DNA from: Alphaproteobacteria bacterium
GTDB taxonomy: Bacteria; Pseudomonadota; Alphaproteobacteria; JAAXGF01
Assembly (NCBI GenBank): GCA_963555825.3
Contig: CAUVXB020000002.1
Coordinates: 3,008,001 to 3,072,000 of the forward strand
Reading direction: 5' to 3'
Length of the DNA stretch: 64,000 nucleotides
Part shown: positions 1 through 10,108 of the stretch, in pieces
How the letters are laid out: every line of letters starts with the position of its first letter
How positions within the stretch are numbered: the first letter of the stretch is position 1
Notes under the pieces: generated by a model
What the model was told of the DNA's origin: nothing
What the model saw: only the letters and a program-made list of their open reading frames with translations
Database searches by the model: none
Made by a program: the position numbers and the translations under genes

Positions 1-44
1 GCGACCTGATCGACGAGCACGGCGCCGCCGGCGTCGCCCACTAG
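1..44 (+). CDS. soxB: Sarcosine oxidase beta subunit, 3' end (gene runs off the window)
   Basis: Frame 3 reads DLIDEHGAAGVAH*, the typical SoxB C-terminus, directly upstream of soxD. Confidence 0.85.
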   Translation, partial: DLIDEHGAAGVAH

Positions 45-57
45 GAGCCTTGGCGCG

Positions 58-339
58 ATGTTCCTGATCGACTGTCCCTGGTGCGGGCCGCGCGACGAGA
101 GCGAGTTCTCCTACGGCGGCGAGGCGCATATCGAGCGGCCGAAGACGCCCGCGAAGCTGACCGACGACGAATGGGCCGACTATCTGTTCCGGCGCACCAA
201 TCCCAAGGGGCCGCACCGCGAGCGCTGGATGCACGCATCGGGCTGCCGGCGCTGGTTCAATGTCGTGCGCGACACCTATAGCCACGAGATCAGCGCGGTC
301 TACAAGATGGGTGCGATGCCGCCCGACGCCGAGACATGA
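58..339 (+). CDS. soxD: Sarcosine oxidase delta subunit
   Basis: CPWCGPR, EFSYGGEAH, HASGCRRWFN Zn-binding motifs; position in soxBDAG. Confidence 0.95.
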   Translation: MFLIDCPWCGPRDESEFSYGGEAHIERPKTPAKLTDDEWADYLFRRTNPKGPHRERWMHASGCRRWFNVVRDTYSHEISAVYKMGAMPPDAET

Positions 340-3300
340 GCGCGCAGAACCAGCGCCTCGCCGAGGGCGGCTGGATCGACCGCGACCAGCGGCTCGGCTT
401 CACGTTCAACGACGTGCGCTACACCGGCTACGCCGGCGATACGCTGGCCTCGGCACTGCTCGCCAACGGTGTCGTGCTGGTCGGCCGCAGCTTCAAATAC
501 CACCGGCCGCGCGGCATCCTGAGCGCCGGCGCCGAGGAGCCCAACGCGCTGGTCCAGCTCGGCAAGGGCGCGCGTACCGAACCCAACCTGCGCGCCACCC
601 AGGTCGAGCTCTACGACGGCCTGGTCGCCGAAAGCATCAACTGCTGGCCGAGCGTCGAGTACGACATCGGCGCGATCAACAACCGGATATCGCGCGTTCT
701 GCCGTCGGGCTTCTATTACAAGACCTTCATGTGGCCGCGGAACCTGTGGATGACGTACGAGCACTTCATCCGCCGCGCCGCCGGCCTGGGAAAGGCGCCG
801 CGGGCGGCCGATCCCGACCGCTACGACAAGCGCCACGCCCATTGCGACGTGCTGGTCGCCGGCGGCGGACCGGCCGGCCTCGCCGCGGCGCTCGCCGGCG
901 GCCGCACCGGCGCGCGCGTCATCGTAGCCGACGACCAGCAGGAATTTGGCGGCGCGCTCTTGAACACGCGCGCCGAGATCGGGGGCAAGCCGGCCATCGA
1001 GTGGGTCGCCGCGGCGCTCGACGAGCTCGCGGCCATGGACGAGGTGACGCTGCTGCCGCGCGCCACCGTGTTCGGCTATTACGACCACAACTACCTGGGT
1101 ATCGCCGAGCGGGTCACCGACCATCTCGGCCCCGACGCGGCGCCGCCCGGCATACCACGCCAGCGGCTGTGGCGCGTGCGCGCGCGCCAGGTGGTGCTGT
1201 GCGCCGGGTCGCACGAGCGGCCGCTGGTGTTCGCCGACAACGACCGGCCCGGCGTCATGCTGGCCGGCGCGGCGCAGGCCTACGTCAACCGCTACGCGGT
1301 CAAGCCGGGCGGCCGGGCGGTCGTCTTCACCAACAACGACAGCGCCTATCAGGCGGCGCTCGACCTGATCGACGGCCGGATGCGCGTCGCCGCGGTGGTC
1401 GACGTCCGCCCGGAGCCCGCCGGGCCGCTGGTCGAGGCGGTGCGTGCCCAAGGCGTCAAAATCGTCGCCGGCCACGCCATCACCGCGACCCACGGCGCCA
1501 AGCGCGTCACCGCGGTCGAAGTCACGCGGCTCAACGAGGCGGGCGATGAGGTGGCCGGCCCGTCGCGACGCATCGGCTGCGATCTGGTGTGCATGTCGGG
1601 TGGCTGGAACCCGGTGATCCACCTGTTCTCGCAGTCGCGCGGCCGGCCCGCCTTCGACGCCGAGAAGGCCTGCTTCGTGCCTGGCCAATCGGTCCAGGCG
1701 GAACGCTCGGCGGGCGCCTGCAACGGCGCCTTCGCGTTGGCCGACTGCCTCGCCGAGGGCTTCAAGGCCGGTCTGGCGGCGGCTGGCGACGCCGGTCGGA
1801 AGAAGGGCAGGGCGCGCAAGCTGCCCGCCGCGCCAGAGCCCGAAAGCGAGCCGTTGCGGCCGCTGTGGCGCGTGCCCGCGGCGCGCGGCGTCAAGCAATT
1901 CGTCGACTTCCAGAACGACGTCACCGCGGCCGACCTCGCGCTCGCCGCGCGCGAGGGCTACGAATCGGTCGAGCATCTCAAGCGCTACACGACGACCGGC
2001 ATGGGCACCGACCAGGGCAAGACGAGCAACGTCAACGCGATCGCCATCCTGGCGCAGATCGCCGAAGCGGAGATCCCCGACATCGGCGTCACCACCTTCC
2101 GCCCGCCCTATACGCCGGTCGGCTACGGCACGCTCGCCGGCCGCGCGGTCGGGCCGCTGTGGGAGCCGGCGCGCCTGACGCCGATGCACTTGCGGCACGC
2201 CGACACCGGCGCCGTGTTCGAGGACGTCGGCCAGTGGAAACGCGCCTGGTACTACCCCAGCGACGGCGAGACGATGCACGACGCGGTCAACCGCGAATGC
2301 CTCGCCGTGCGCACCAGCCTGGGCGTCTTCGACGCGACGACGCTGGGTAAGATCGACATCCAGGGGCCCGACGCGCTCGAATTGCTCAACCGGGTCTACA
2401 CCAACGCCTGGGACACGCTGGCGGTCGGCCGGGCGCGCTATGGCCTGATGCTCGGCGAGGACGGCATGGTGATGGACGACGGCGTCACCGCGCGCGTCGG
2501 CGAGAACCACTACCATATGACGACGACGACGGGCGGCGCGCCGCGCGTGATGGCCTGGATGGAGGAGTGGCTGCAGACCGAGTGGCCCAAACTCAAGGTC
2601 TACCTCACCTCGGTGACGACGCAATGGGCCGTCGTCGCCATCGTGGGACCCAATTCGCGCCGCTTACTTGGCGAGCTGTGCGACGACATCGATCTCGCGA
2701 CCGAGGCGTTCCCCTTCATGGCGTGGCGCGACGGCACGGTCGCTGGCCTGCCCGCGCGTGTCTACCGGGTCAGCTTCTCGGGCGAGATCGCTTACGAGAT
2801 CAACGTGCCGGCGAGTTATGGCACGGCGCTGTGGCGCGCGCTGATGACCGCCGGCGCGAAATACCAGATCACGCCCTACGGCACCGAGGCGATGCACGTG
2901 CTGCGCGGCGAGAAGGGCTTCATCGTCGTCGGTCACGACACCGACGGCACGCTCACGCCGTTCGACCTCGGCATGGGCTGGATCGTCAGCAAGAAGAAAA
3001 AGGACTTCCTCGGCAAGCGCTCGCTGACGCGCTCAGACTGCCTGCGCGAGGACCGCAAGCAGCTCGTCGGGCTGCTGACCGAGGACCCGGGCGAGGTCGT
3101 GCCCGAGGGCTCGCAGATCGTCGCCGAGGTGCGCGCCAAGCCCCCCATGCCGATGGAGGGCCACGTCACCTCGAGCTATTGGAGCCCGATCCTCGGTCGC
3201 TCGATCGCCATGGCGGTGCTCAAGGGCGGCCACGGCCGGCACGGCGAGACGGTGACCATCTCGCTCGCCAACAAGAACGTCCGCGCCGTGGTCGGCAAGC

Positions 3301-3341
3301 CGATCTTCTACGACCCGGAAGGGGAGAAGCTCCGTGGTTGA
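336..3341 (+). CDS. soxA: Sarcosine oxidase alpha subunit
   Basis: 1001 aa; GRSFKYHRPRG, GGGPAG Rossmann motif, EHLKRYTT-GMGTDQGK, C-terminal GcvT-like domain; ATGA overlap with soxD. Confidence 0.97.
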   Translation: MSAQNQRLAEGGWIDRDQRLGFTFNDVRYTGYAGDTLASALLANGVVLVGRSFKYHRPRGILSAGAEEPNALVQLGKGARTEPNLRATQVELYDGLVAESINCWPSVEYDIGAINNRISRVLPSGFYYKTFMWPRNLWMTYEHFIRRAAGLGKAPRAADPDRYDKRHAHCDVLVAGGGPAGLAAALAGGRTGARVIVADDQQEFGGALLNTRAEIGGKPAIEWVAAALDELAAMDEVTLLPRATVFGYYDHNYLGIAERVTDHLGPDAAPPGIPRQRLWRVRARQVVLCAGSHERPLVFADNDRPGVMLAGAAQAYVNRYAVKPGGRAVVFTNNDSAYQAALDLIDGRMRVAAVVDVRPEPAGPLVEAVRAQGVKIVAGHAITATHGAKRVTAVEVTRLNEAGDEVAGPSRRIGCDLVCMSGGWNPVIHLFSQSRGRPAFDAEKACFVPGQSVQAERSAGACNGAFALADCLAEGFKAGLAAAGDAGRKKGRARKLPAAPEPESEPLRPLWRVPAARGVKQFVDFQNDVTAADLALAAREGYESVEHLKRYTTTGMGTDQGKTSNVNAIAILAQIAEAEIPDIGVTTFRPPYTPVGYGTLAGRAVGPLWEPARLTPMHLRHADTGAVFEDVGQWKRAWYYPSDGETMHDAVNRECLAVRTSLGVFDATTLGKIDIQGPDALELLNRVYTNAWDTLAVGRARYGLMLGEDGMVMDDGVTARVGENHYHMTTTTGGAPRVMAWMEEWLQTEWPKLKVYLTSVTTQWAVVAIVGPNSRRLLGELCDDIDLATEAFPFMAWRDGTVAGLPARVYRVSFSGEIAYEINVPASYGTALWRALMTAGAKYQITPYGTEAMHVLRGEKGFIVVGHDTDGTLTPFDLGMGWIVSKKKKDFLGKRSLTRSDCLREDRKQLVGLLTEDPGEVVPEGSQIVAEVRAKPPMPMEGHVTSSYWSPILGRSIAMAVLKGGHGRHGETVTISLANKNVRAVVGKPIFYDPEGEKLRG

Positions 3342-3942
3342 GGCGTACTTCAGACAGGGCGTGCTCGACCATCGCCATCTCGATGCGCGTGCGGTCGACG
3401 ACATCGGCGACGCCGGCGTCACGCTCGGCGAGCGGCGTTTTCTTGGCAAGGTCGACCTGCGCGGCGAGCCGACCAAGAAATTCCGCGACGCGGTCGCCGG
3501 TGTCCTCGGCGTCGCGCCGCCGACCGCGCCAAACACGGCCGCCGGCGACGACGCGCGGACGGTGCTCTGGCTCGGTCCCAACGAATGGCTGATCGTCACG
3601 CCGCCCGGCGACGAGGACGAGACCGCCGAGGCCTTGCGCGCGGTGCTCGCCGGCCGCCATGTCGCGGTGACCGACGTCAGCGAGGGCCGCACGGTGATCG
3701 CGCTGGCCGGTCGGCGCGCCCGCGACGTGCTCGCCAAGGGCTGCCCGATCGACTTCCACCCGCGTGTCTTTCGCGCCGGCCACTGCGCGCAGTCGACCTA
3801 TGGCAAGGCGAATGTTCTGGTGCATCAGACATCGGATGCGCCGGCCTACGACATCTACGTCGAACGCAGCTTCGCCGATTATCTGTGGGCCTGCCTCGAG
3901 GACGCGGCCGAAGAATACGGCCTCGCCATCACGATGGGCTGA
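3334..3942 (+). CDS. soxG: Sarcosine oxidase gamma subunit
   Basis: LWLGPNEWL, VTDVS, KGCPIDFHP, RSFADYLW motifs; overlaps soxA end. Confidence 0.93.
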   Translation: MVEAYFRQGVLDHRHLDARAVDDIGDAGVTLGERRFLGKVDLRGEPTKKFRDAVAGVLGVAPPTAPNTAAGDDARTVLWLGPNEWLIVTPPGDEDETAEALRAVLAGRHVAVTDVSEGRTVIALAGRRARDVLAKGCPIDFHPRVFRAGHCAQSTYGKANVLVHQTSDAPAYDIYVERSFADYLWACLEDAAEEYGLAITMG

Positions 3943-3993
3943 CCCGCGTTCGAGGTCGGCGGGAAGGCGCCCCGCCGTACTTCTGACCGAGGA

Positions 3994-4665
3994 TCAGATA
4001 TCCAAATCGCGGTTCTGGCCCTCCTGGGACGGGTCGCGATGGGGCAACAACTGACGCGTCGCGGTCCGGATGAGCGCGCGGAAGCGCGGATCGTCGGGCG
4101 AGGTGATGCCGCCGATCGTCGCGCCCAAATAGGTCATCATGCGCTCGCGCCGGCAGAATGCCGCGATCATCTTGTTGCCCGGCTTGGGCGGCGCGGCGCG
4201 CTCGGCGTCGCTTGGCGTATAGCCGCCGATATTGTAGCCCGCGATGTTGATGCCGCTGGTCGGCCCGCACAGGCGGTAGAGCGAGGTGCCCGCATCGACG
4301 CCGATGATCCAGACGATGCGATAGAGCGGCCGCGCGGTCTCGCCCGGCGTGGTCGTGAAGTTGGTCACCATCCAACCCGGCTGGCCCTGCATGGCGCCGA
4401 CCACGGCGTCGGCCAGCGCGTCGTCGCTGGTGCCGGTCTCGCCGAACGGGTTGCCCATGACGACGACCTCGAGGTCGCGGCCGTCGGCGGCGTAGGACAC
4501 CTCATGGTAACTGTAGACCGGCTCGATCGACGAATAGCTGATCGCCGGACCGCCCACGCCGCCGCCTGTGCCGACGCAGCCGCCGAGAGCCAGGAGCGCC
4601 GCGGCGGCGGTAGCGAACCAGGGGCCGCGCGCTGGCGCGGCGTTCGATGAATGCCGGTGTGGCAT
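3994..4665 (-). CDS. Hypothetical lipoprotein
   Basis: Hydrophobic signal ending in lipobox-like LALGG-C; AAGGAGG RBS upstream; no family recognised. Confidence 0.7.
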   Translation of the reverse strand: MPHRHSSNAAPARGPWFATAAAALLALGGCVGTGGGVGGPAISYSSIEPVYSYHEVSYAADGRDLEVVVMGNPFGETGTSDDALADAVVGAMQGQPGWMVTNFTTTPGETARPLYRIVWIIGVDAGTSLYRLCGPTSGINIAGYNIGGYTPSDAERAAPPKPGNKMIAAFCRRERMMTYLGATIGGITSPDDPRFRALIRTATRQLLPHRDPSQEGQNRDLDI

Positions 4666-4995
4666 GAAAGATGCCTCCTTATGCGATGCCCCGATGCCGC
4701 GCCCCCATCACGGGCCAAGGCGGATTAATCAAGAAGATAGCTTAGTCGGCTCCCGAGTAAATGCAGTGTCGGCGATCACACCTCGGTGACGGCCGGGTCC
4801 ACCATGGCGGCCCGCGCCCGGCCGTCAGATTGTGATTATATATGCCAGTATAATTAATGTCAATTTTATAAGAAAGTTTACATATAGTCTCGTGTCGGCA
4901 CGGCCTCGCGGTGCGCCGCGCGGCGGTCAATCCAGGAAAAGCTCCTTGATGCTATCACGCCAATCGAGATCGTCGATCGTCCGCGGCCGGTCCTT

Positions 4996-6543
4996 TCAGG
5001 CGAAGGCGTCGGGCATGCCGGCCTTCTTCTCGGCGATGAAACTCTGCAGCGCCTCGTCTACGCCCGCGTCGAGGTCGGGCGCCTGATAGTCGGCGAGCAT
5101 CTGCTTCCACAGCGCGTTGGCGCGTTGCACCGCGTCGAGCGAGCCGTCGGCCTCCCACTGCTCGACCGAGTTGTTGTCGGCGATCGACGAGCGGTAGAAG
5201 GCGGTCTGGAAGTTCGCCTGGGTGTGCTCGCAGCCGAGATAATGCGTGCCCGGGCCGACCTCGCGGATGGCGTCCATCGCCTGGCCGTTTTCGGACAGAT
5301 CGATGCCGCCGCCGACGACCTGCATCATGCCGATCTGGTCGGCGTCCATGACGAACTTCTCGTAGGACGAGGCGAGGCCACCCTCGAGCCAGCCGGCGGC
5401 GTGCAGCACGAAATTGGTACCGGCGAGCAGGGTCGGCAGCAGCGTCTGCGCGCTCTCGTAGGCGGCCTGGGCGTCGGGCACCTTGGAGCCGCACAGCGAG
5501 CCGCCCGAGCGGAACGGCACGCCGAGCCGGCGCGCCAACTGCGCTGCGGCGAACAGCACCAATGTGGGCTCGGGCGTGCCGAAGGTCGGCGCGCCCGACT
5601 GCATCGAGATCGAGCTCGCGAAGGTGCCGAAGACGACCGGCGCGCCGGGGCGGACGAGCTGGGCGAAGGCCATGCCCGACATCGCCTCGGCCAAGAGCTG
5701 GGCAAGCGTGCCGGCGACGGTCACCGGGCTCATCGCGCCGGCCAGGATGAACGGCGAGATCACGGTGCCCTGGTTGTTGCGCGCATAGACCTTGAGCGCG
5801 CCCAGCATGGTCGCGTCCCAGACCATCGGCGAGTTGGCGTTGATCAGGTTGATCAGCACGCAGTTCTGATCGACGAAGTCGTCGCCGAACACCAGCTTCG
5901 CCATGGCCACCGAATCCTCGGCGCGCGACGGATGCGTCACCGAACCCATGAAGGGCTTATCGGAATAGCGGATGTGGCTATACACCATGTCGTAGTGGCG
6001 CTTGTTGACCGGAATATCGACCGGCTCGCAGACCGTGCCGCCGGAATGGTGCATGGCCGGCGTCATATAGGCGAGTTTGACGAAATTCCGGAAGTCCTCG
6101 ATCGTCGCGTAGCGCCGCCCCTCGTCGAGGCTGCGGATGAAGGGCGGGCCGTAGACCGGCGCGAAGACCGTCGCGTCGCCGCCGATCTGAACGCTGCGCT
6201 CGGGATTGCGGGCGTGCTGAACGAACTGCGAAGGCGCGGTCGCCATCAGCGACCGGGCGAGGCCGCGTGGGATGTGGACGCGCTCGCCCTGGACGTCGGC
6301 GCCGGCGTCGCGCCACAATTCGAGCGCCTCGGCGTCCTCGCGGAAGTCGATGCCGATCTCCTCGAGAATGGTCTCGGCGTTGTTCTCGATGATCTCGAGG
6401 CCCTCGTCCGAGAGCACCTCGGTGACCGGAAACTTGCGCGTGATGTATGGCAGAAAGGTGACCGTCCGCTGCTGGCGCGCCGCCCGCCGCGCCTCGCGGC
6501 CGCCACCGCGGGTGCGCCGGCGGCCCTCTTTTTCCTCGCTCAT
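4996..6543 (-). CDS. Trimethylamine methyltransferase (MttB) family protein, non-pyrrolysine (MtgB-like)
   Basis: FAPVYGPPF, SMQSGAPTFGTPE, SKVPDAQAAYES, HAAGWLEGGL; no in-frame TAG; GGGAGG RBS. Confidence 0.92.
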   Translation of the reverse strand: MSEEKEGRRRTRGGGREARRAARQQRTVTFLPYITRKFPVTEVLSDEGLEIIENNAETILEEIGIDFREDAEALELWRDAGADVQGERVHIPRGLARSLMATAPSQFVQHARNPERSVQIGGDATVFAPVYGPPFIRSLDEGRRYATIEDFRNFVKLAYMTPAMHHSGGTVCEPVDIPVNKRHYDMVYSHIRYSDKPFMGSVTHPSRAEDSVAMAKLVFGDDFVDQNCVLINLINANSPMVWDATMLGALKVYARNNQGTVISPFILAGAMSPVTVAGTLAQLLAEAMSGMAFAQLVRPGAPVVFGTFASSISMQSGAPTFGTPEPTLVLFAAAQLARRLGVPFRSGGSLCGSKVPDAQAAYESAQTLLPTLLAGTNFVLHAAGWLEGGLASSYEKFVMDADQIGMMQVVGGGIDLSENGQAMDAIREVGPGTHYLGCEHTQANFQTAFYRSSIADNNSVEQWEADGSLDAVQRANALWKQMLADYQAPDLDAGVDEALQSFIAEKKAGMPDAFA

Positions 6544-6608
6544 GTCGTGCCCTCCCTGGCCCTGTCGCGGGCCTTGCGCTTAGCCTATATCACGAGATGT
6601 TCGGCGCA

Positions 6609-6650
6609 CAAAAAACTTCGGGCGGCGACGCGTTGAACGTCACCGCCCGA
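6609..6650 (-). terminator. Rho-independent terminator after the DUF1127 pair
   Basis: Minus strand TCGGGCGGTGACG..CGTCGCCGCCCGA stem followed by AGTTTTTT. Confidence 0.7.
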
Positions 6651-6677
6651 TGGCGTGTCCGTGGTGAGAAATTCGGG

Positions 6678-6821
6678 CTAGCGGGCGCCAAACGCGACGC
6701 GATAAATATCGCCGCGGTCCACGCCGACATCGGCGAGCATCCTAACGTTCATGTGGGCCAGCTCGCCGTGCGCGCCATGCTTGTCGTTCCAGCGGCGGAG
6801 TTCGGTGAACAGATTGATCAT
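6678..6821 (-). CDS. DUF1127-like small protein (47 aa)
   Basis: MINLFTELRRW...ELAHMNVRMLADVGVDRGDI matches the W..R..EL..L..R.L.D.G..R.DI pattern; GAAAGGA RBS; internal start within the longer ORF in the track. Confidence 0.8.
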   Translation of the reverse strand: MINLFTELRRWNDKHGAHGELAHMNVRMLADVGVDRGDIYRVAFGAR

Positions 6822-6843
6822 GTCGGGGTTCCTTTCGGGTTGG

Positions 6844-6987
6844 CTAGTTGAGGCCGCGGACGACGCGGATGACGTTGCCGCCGTCGACGCCGAGGTCATA
6901 GAGGGTGCCGGCGTCGAAACGCGCGATCTGGCCGCGCGAAACCGTGCGGGAATGCCAGCGGCGAAGGCTCTTGAAGATGGTGTCCAT
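6844..6987 (-). CDS. DUF1127-like small protein (47 aa), more divergent copy
   Basis: MDTIFKSLRRW...QIARFDAGTLYDLGVD; same length and register as its neighbour. Confidence 0.7.
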   Translation of the reverse strand: MDTIFKSLRRWHSRTVSRGQIARFDAGTLYDLGVDGGNVIRVVRGLN

Positions 6988-7157
6988 TGTCTCGTCTCTA
7001 CTCGGGATGATCCTGTTGAGACGGGAGATATGATCCGACCGGGCCCCGCGCAAACGCGCAATACGCGCGGCTGTCATGCGGAAACTGCATGGAGTATTGC
7101 GGCCGCCAGGCCTAGCGTCCCTCGCTGCGGCACCCATCGACGACAGACCGCGGCCCG

Positions 7158-7263
7158 GACGCCAAGACACCGCTCGACGGCCGCGACTTTCTACACCGGC
7201 GTGCCCTGGTTCCTGCCGCGGGTCAGCCTGTGGTACCGGTTCCGCGACCGGATGGCGCGCTGA
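7158..7263 (+). pseudogene. 3' remnant of an FAD-dependent (DAO-like) oxidoreductase
   Basis: DAKTPLDGRDF, frame change, then FYTGVPWFLP..LWYRFRDRMAR*, resembling the C-terminus of that family; no 5' part present. Confidence 0.5.
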
Positions 7264-7275
7264 ACGGACCGCCGA

Positions 7276-7479
7276 TCAGCCGTCGAGGACGAAGGTGATC
7301 TCCATCGTCACCCGATACTCCTCGATCGTCCCGTCCGAGACCTTGGCCTTCTGCTCAAGGACGTGCAGCCCGGTGATGCCGCGCACCGTGCCGCTGGCGC
7401 GGGCGAGGCCTTCGCGGATCGCGGCGTCGAAACTCTCCGACGATGCGGCGGTAATCTTGGTTACGCGTGCTACGGCCAT
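7276..7479 (-). CDS. Dodecin family flavin-binding protein
   Basis: 67 aa; SSESFDAAI..G..RA..TVRGI, EYRVTMEITF.L; GGAGG RBS. Confidence 0.92.
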   Translation of the reverse strand: MAVARVTKITAASSESFDAAIREGLARASGTVRGITGLHVLEQKAKVSDGTIEEYRVTMEITFVLDG

Positions 7480-7672
7480 GGTCTGCCTCCCCTATTTTTG
7501 TCATTGGCGCCTTCGCCGAGGCCCATGGTGACAGAGTTCGCTGCCCGCGTCGATGACCTGCCGACGCGGCGGTTCGGCGACGCGAGATCGCTGGTGATGC
7601 GCTCCGCCCTCTGCTAAAAGCCGTCTTCGGAGAGGCCCGCGCAAGGGCCCCTATGACACGAGGGGATCAGGC

Positions 7673-10108
7673 ATGATATCGCACGCGCGGGTGGTCGTGA
7701 TCGGTGGCGGGGCGGTCGGCGTCTCGACACTCTATCATCTGGCCAAGAAGGGCTGGTCGGACGTCGCGCTGGTCGAGCGCAAGGAGCTCACCTCGGGCTC
7801 GACCTGGCATGCCGCCGGGCTCCTGCCGCTGTTCAATATGAGCTATTCGGTCGGCCAGCTGCACAAATACGCGGTCGACTTCTACCCGTCGCTCGAAGCG
7901 GAGACCGGCCAGGACGTCGGCTTCAGCCAAGTCGGCAACATCCGCCTGGCGATGAACCAGGATCGCATGGACGAATACCACCAGTACGCCGGCGTCGCCG
8001 CGACGATCGGCGTGCGCGTCGATTTCCTGACGCCCGCCGAGGTCGGGGAACTCTGGCCGCTGTGCAACATCGACGGCCTGGTCGGCGCCATCGTCCATCC
8101 GGAGGACGGCTACATCCAGCCGGCCGACGTGACCCAGGCGATGGCCACCGGTGCGCGCCAGCGGGGCGCCGAGATCTACCGCAACACGACGGTGACGGGC
8201 ATCGAGCGAACCGCCGGCGGCGAATGGCTGGTCAAGACCGACAAGGGCGACATCACCTGCGAGCACGTCGTCTCGGCGACCGGCAGCTTCGCGCGCCAGA
8301 CCGGCGCCATGGTCGGCCTCGACATCCCGGTCATCCCGGTCGAGCACCAGTACATCATCACCGAGCCGCACCCCGAGATCCTCGCGCGCCGCGAACAGGG
8401 CCTGCCAGAGATGGGCGTGCTACGCGAATCCGACGGCTCGTGGTACATGCGCGAGGAGCGCGGCGGCCTAGTCCTCGGCATCTACGAGGCCGGCGCGCCG
8501 TGCTGCTATGTCGACGGGCCCTCGGACGACGCCGAGTTCGAACTGTTTCAAGAAGACATCGAGCGTCTCGAGCCGCATATCGAGGCGGCGATCAACCGCG
8601 TGCCGGCCTTCGGCGAGGTCGGCGTGAAAGAGGTCTTCAACGGCGCCATCGCGTACACGCCCGACGGCAACCCGATCGTCGGGCCGGCCTGGGATGTGCC
8701 CAACTTCTGGATCAACGAGGGCCACAGCTTCGGCATCACCGCGGCGGGCGGCGCCGGCTGGCAGCTCTCGGAATGGATCGTCGAGGGCGAGCCGACGGTC
8801 GACATGATGGGCGTCGACCCGCGGCGTTATGGCGATTACGCGACCAAGGGGTATCTGCGCAAGAAGAACGAGGAGGCGTATGAAAACGTCTTCGTCATCC
8901 ACTACCCCGACGAAGAGCGCGGCGGCGCCCGGCCGCTGCGCACGGCGCCGTGCTACGACCGGCTGAAGGCGCTCGGCGCGGTGTTCGGTCAGAAGTTCGG
9001 CTGGGAACGCGCCAATTGGTTTGCGCCCACCGGCGTCGCGCAGGAAGACCACTGGTCGTTCCGCCGCTCGAAGTGGTTCGAGCACGCCGCCAACGAGGCG
9101 CGCCACGTCGCCGAGCACGTCGGTCTCCTGGACATGACCGCGTTCGCCAAATGCCGCGTTTCGGGGCCCGGCGCCGAGGCCTTTCTCGACTACCTGCTGG
9201 CCAACCGCCTGCCAAAGAAGATCGGCCGCGTCGGCCTCTGTCACGCGCTCAATACCCGGGGTGGCGTGCTCTCGGAGTTCACCGTGATTCGCGAAGCCGC
9301 CGATCAGTTCTATCTGGTCTCGGCCGGCGCCTTCCAACGGCTCGACCACGACTGGCTCAAGAAGCATATGCCGGCCGACGGCTCGGTCCAGTTCCAGAAC
9401 CTGACCAATTCGATCGGCGTGCTGGCGATCGCCGGGCCGAAGGCGCGCGAGCTGATGAGCCGGGTCACCGACGCCGACCTCTCGAACGAGGCGTTTCCGT
9501 GGCTCATGTCCCATAACATCGTCGTCGACATGACGCCGGTGCGCGCCGCCCGCGTCAACTTCGTCGGCGAGCTGGGTTGGGAGCTGCACCACCCGATCGA
9601 GTGTCAGAACCAAGTCTTCGACGCCGTGATGGCGGCGGGCGCCGATCTCGATATCAAGCCGTTCGGCATCCGCGCCATGGACATGCTGCGCATCGAAAAG
9701 TCATACCGCATGGTCGGCACCGAGCTCTCGATCGAATACTCGGCCTTTGAATCGGGACTGCAGCGTTTCGTCCATCTCAACAAGGGCGACTTCATCGGCC
9801 GCGACGCACTGGTCAAGTGGCAGGAGAAGGGCTTCGAGAACCAGCTCGTGACGCTCGAGATCCACGACGTCACCGATGCCGACCCGCTCGGCAACAACCC
9901 GATCTTCCACGGCGGCGAGATGGTCGGCCGCGCGACCTCGGGCAATTACGGGGCGAGGCTCGACAAATCCTACGTGCTCGCCATGGTGCCGCCGGCGTTG
10001 GCCGCCGAGGGCACCGTGCTCGAGATGGACGTGTTGGGCGCCATGCACAAGGTGACCGTGACGCCCGAATCACCCTACGACCCCGACAACGAGCAACTCA
10101 GAAGCTAG
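7673..10108 (+). CDS. GcvT-family FAD-dependent oxidoreductase (dimethylglycine dehydrogenase-like)
   Basis: VIGGGAVG, LTSGSTWHAAG, YTPDG, GELGWELH, LRIEKSY; 811-aa DAO + GcvT architecture. Confidence 0.92.
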   Translation: MISHARVVVIGGGAVGVSTLYHLAKKGWSDVALVERKELTSGSTWHAAGLLPLFNMSYSVGQLHKYAVDFYPSLEAETGQDVGFSQVGNIRLAMNQDRMDEYHQYAGVAATIGVRVDFLTPAEVGELWPLCNIDGLVGAIVHPEDGYIQPADVTQAMATGARQRGAEIYRNTTVTGIERTAGGEWLVKTDKGDITCEHVVSATGSFARQTGAMVGLDIPVIPVEHQYIITEPHPEILARREQGLPEMGVLRESDGSWYMREERGGLVLGIYEAGAPCCYVDGPSDDAEFELFQEDIERLEPHIEAAINRVPAFGEVGVKEVFNGAIAYTPDGNPIVGPAWDVPNFWINEGHSFGITAAGGAGWQLSEWIVEGEPTVDMMGVDPRRYGDYATKGYLRKKNEEAYENVFVIHYPDEERGGARPLRTAPCYDRLKALGAVFGQKFGWERANWFAPTGVAQEDHWSFRRSKWFEHAANEARHVAEHVGLLDMTAFAKCRVSGPGAEAFLDYLLANRLPKKIGRVGLCHALNTRGGVLSEFTVIREAADQFYLVSAGAFQRLDHDWLKKHMPADGSVQFQNLTNSIGVLAIAGPKARELMSRVTDADLSNEAFPWLMSHNIVVDMTPVRAARVNFVGELGWELHHPIECQNQVFDAVMAAGADLDIKPFGIRAMDMLRIEKSYRMVGTELSIEYSAFESGLQRFVHLNKGDFIGRDALVKWQEKGFENQLVTLEIHDVTDADPLGNNPIFHGGEMVGRATSGNYGARLDKSYVLAMVPPALAAEGTVLEMDVLGAMHKVTVTPESPYDPDNEQLRS

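Noticed and set aside
4996-6543. Pyrrolysine-containing trimethylamine methyltransferase
   Set aside because: Neither MttB-family gene has an in-frame TAG; the equivalent position appears to be Leu here and Met in the second copy
6544-7275. Cuckoo (CcsR-like) sRNAs or a riboswitch near the DUF1127 genes
   Set aside because: No CCTCCTCCC loops or recognisable aptamer consensus seen
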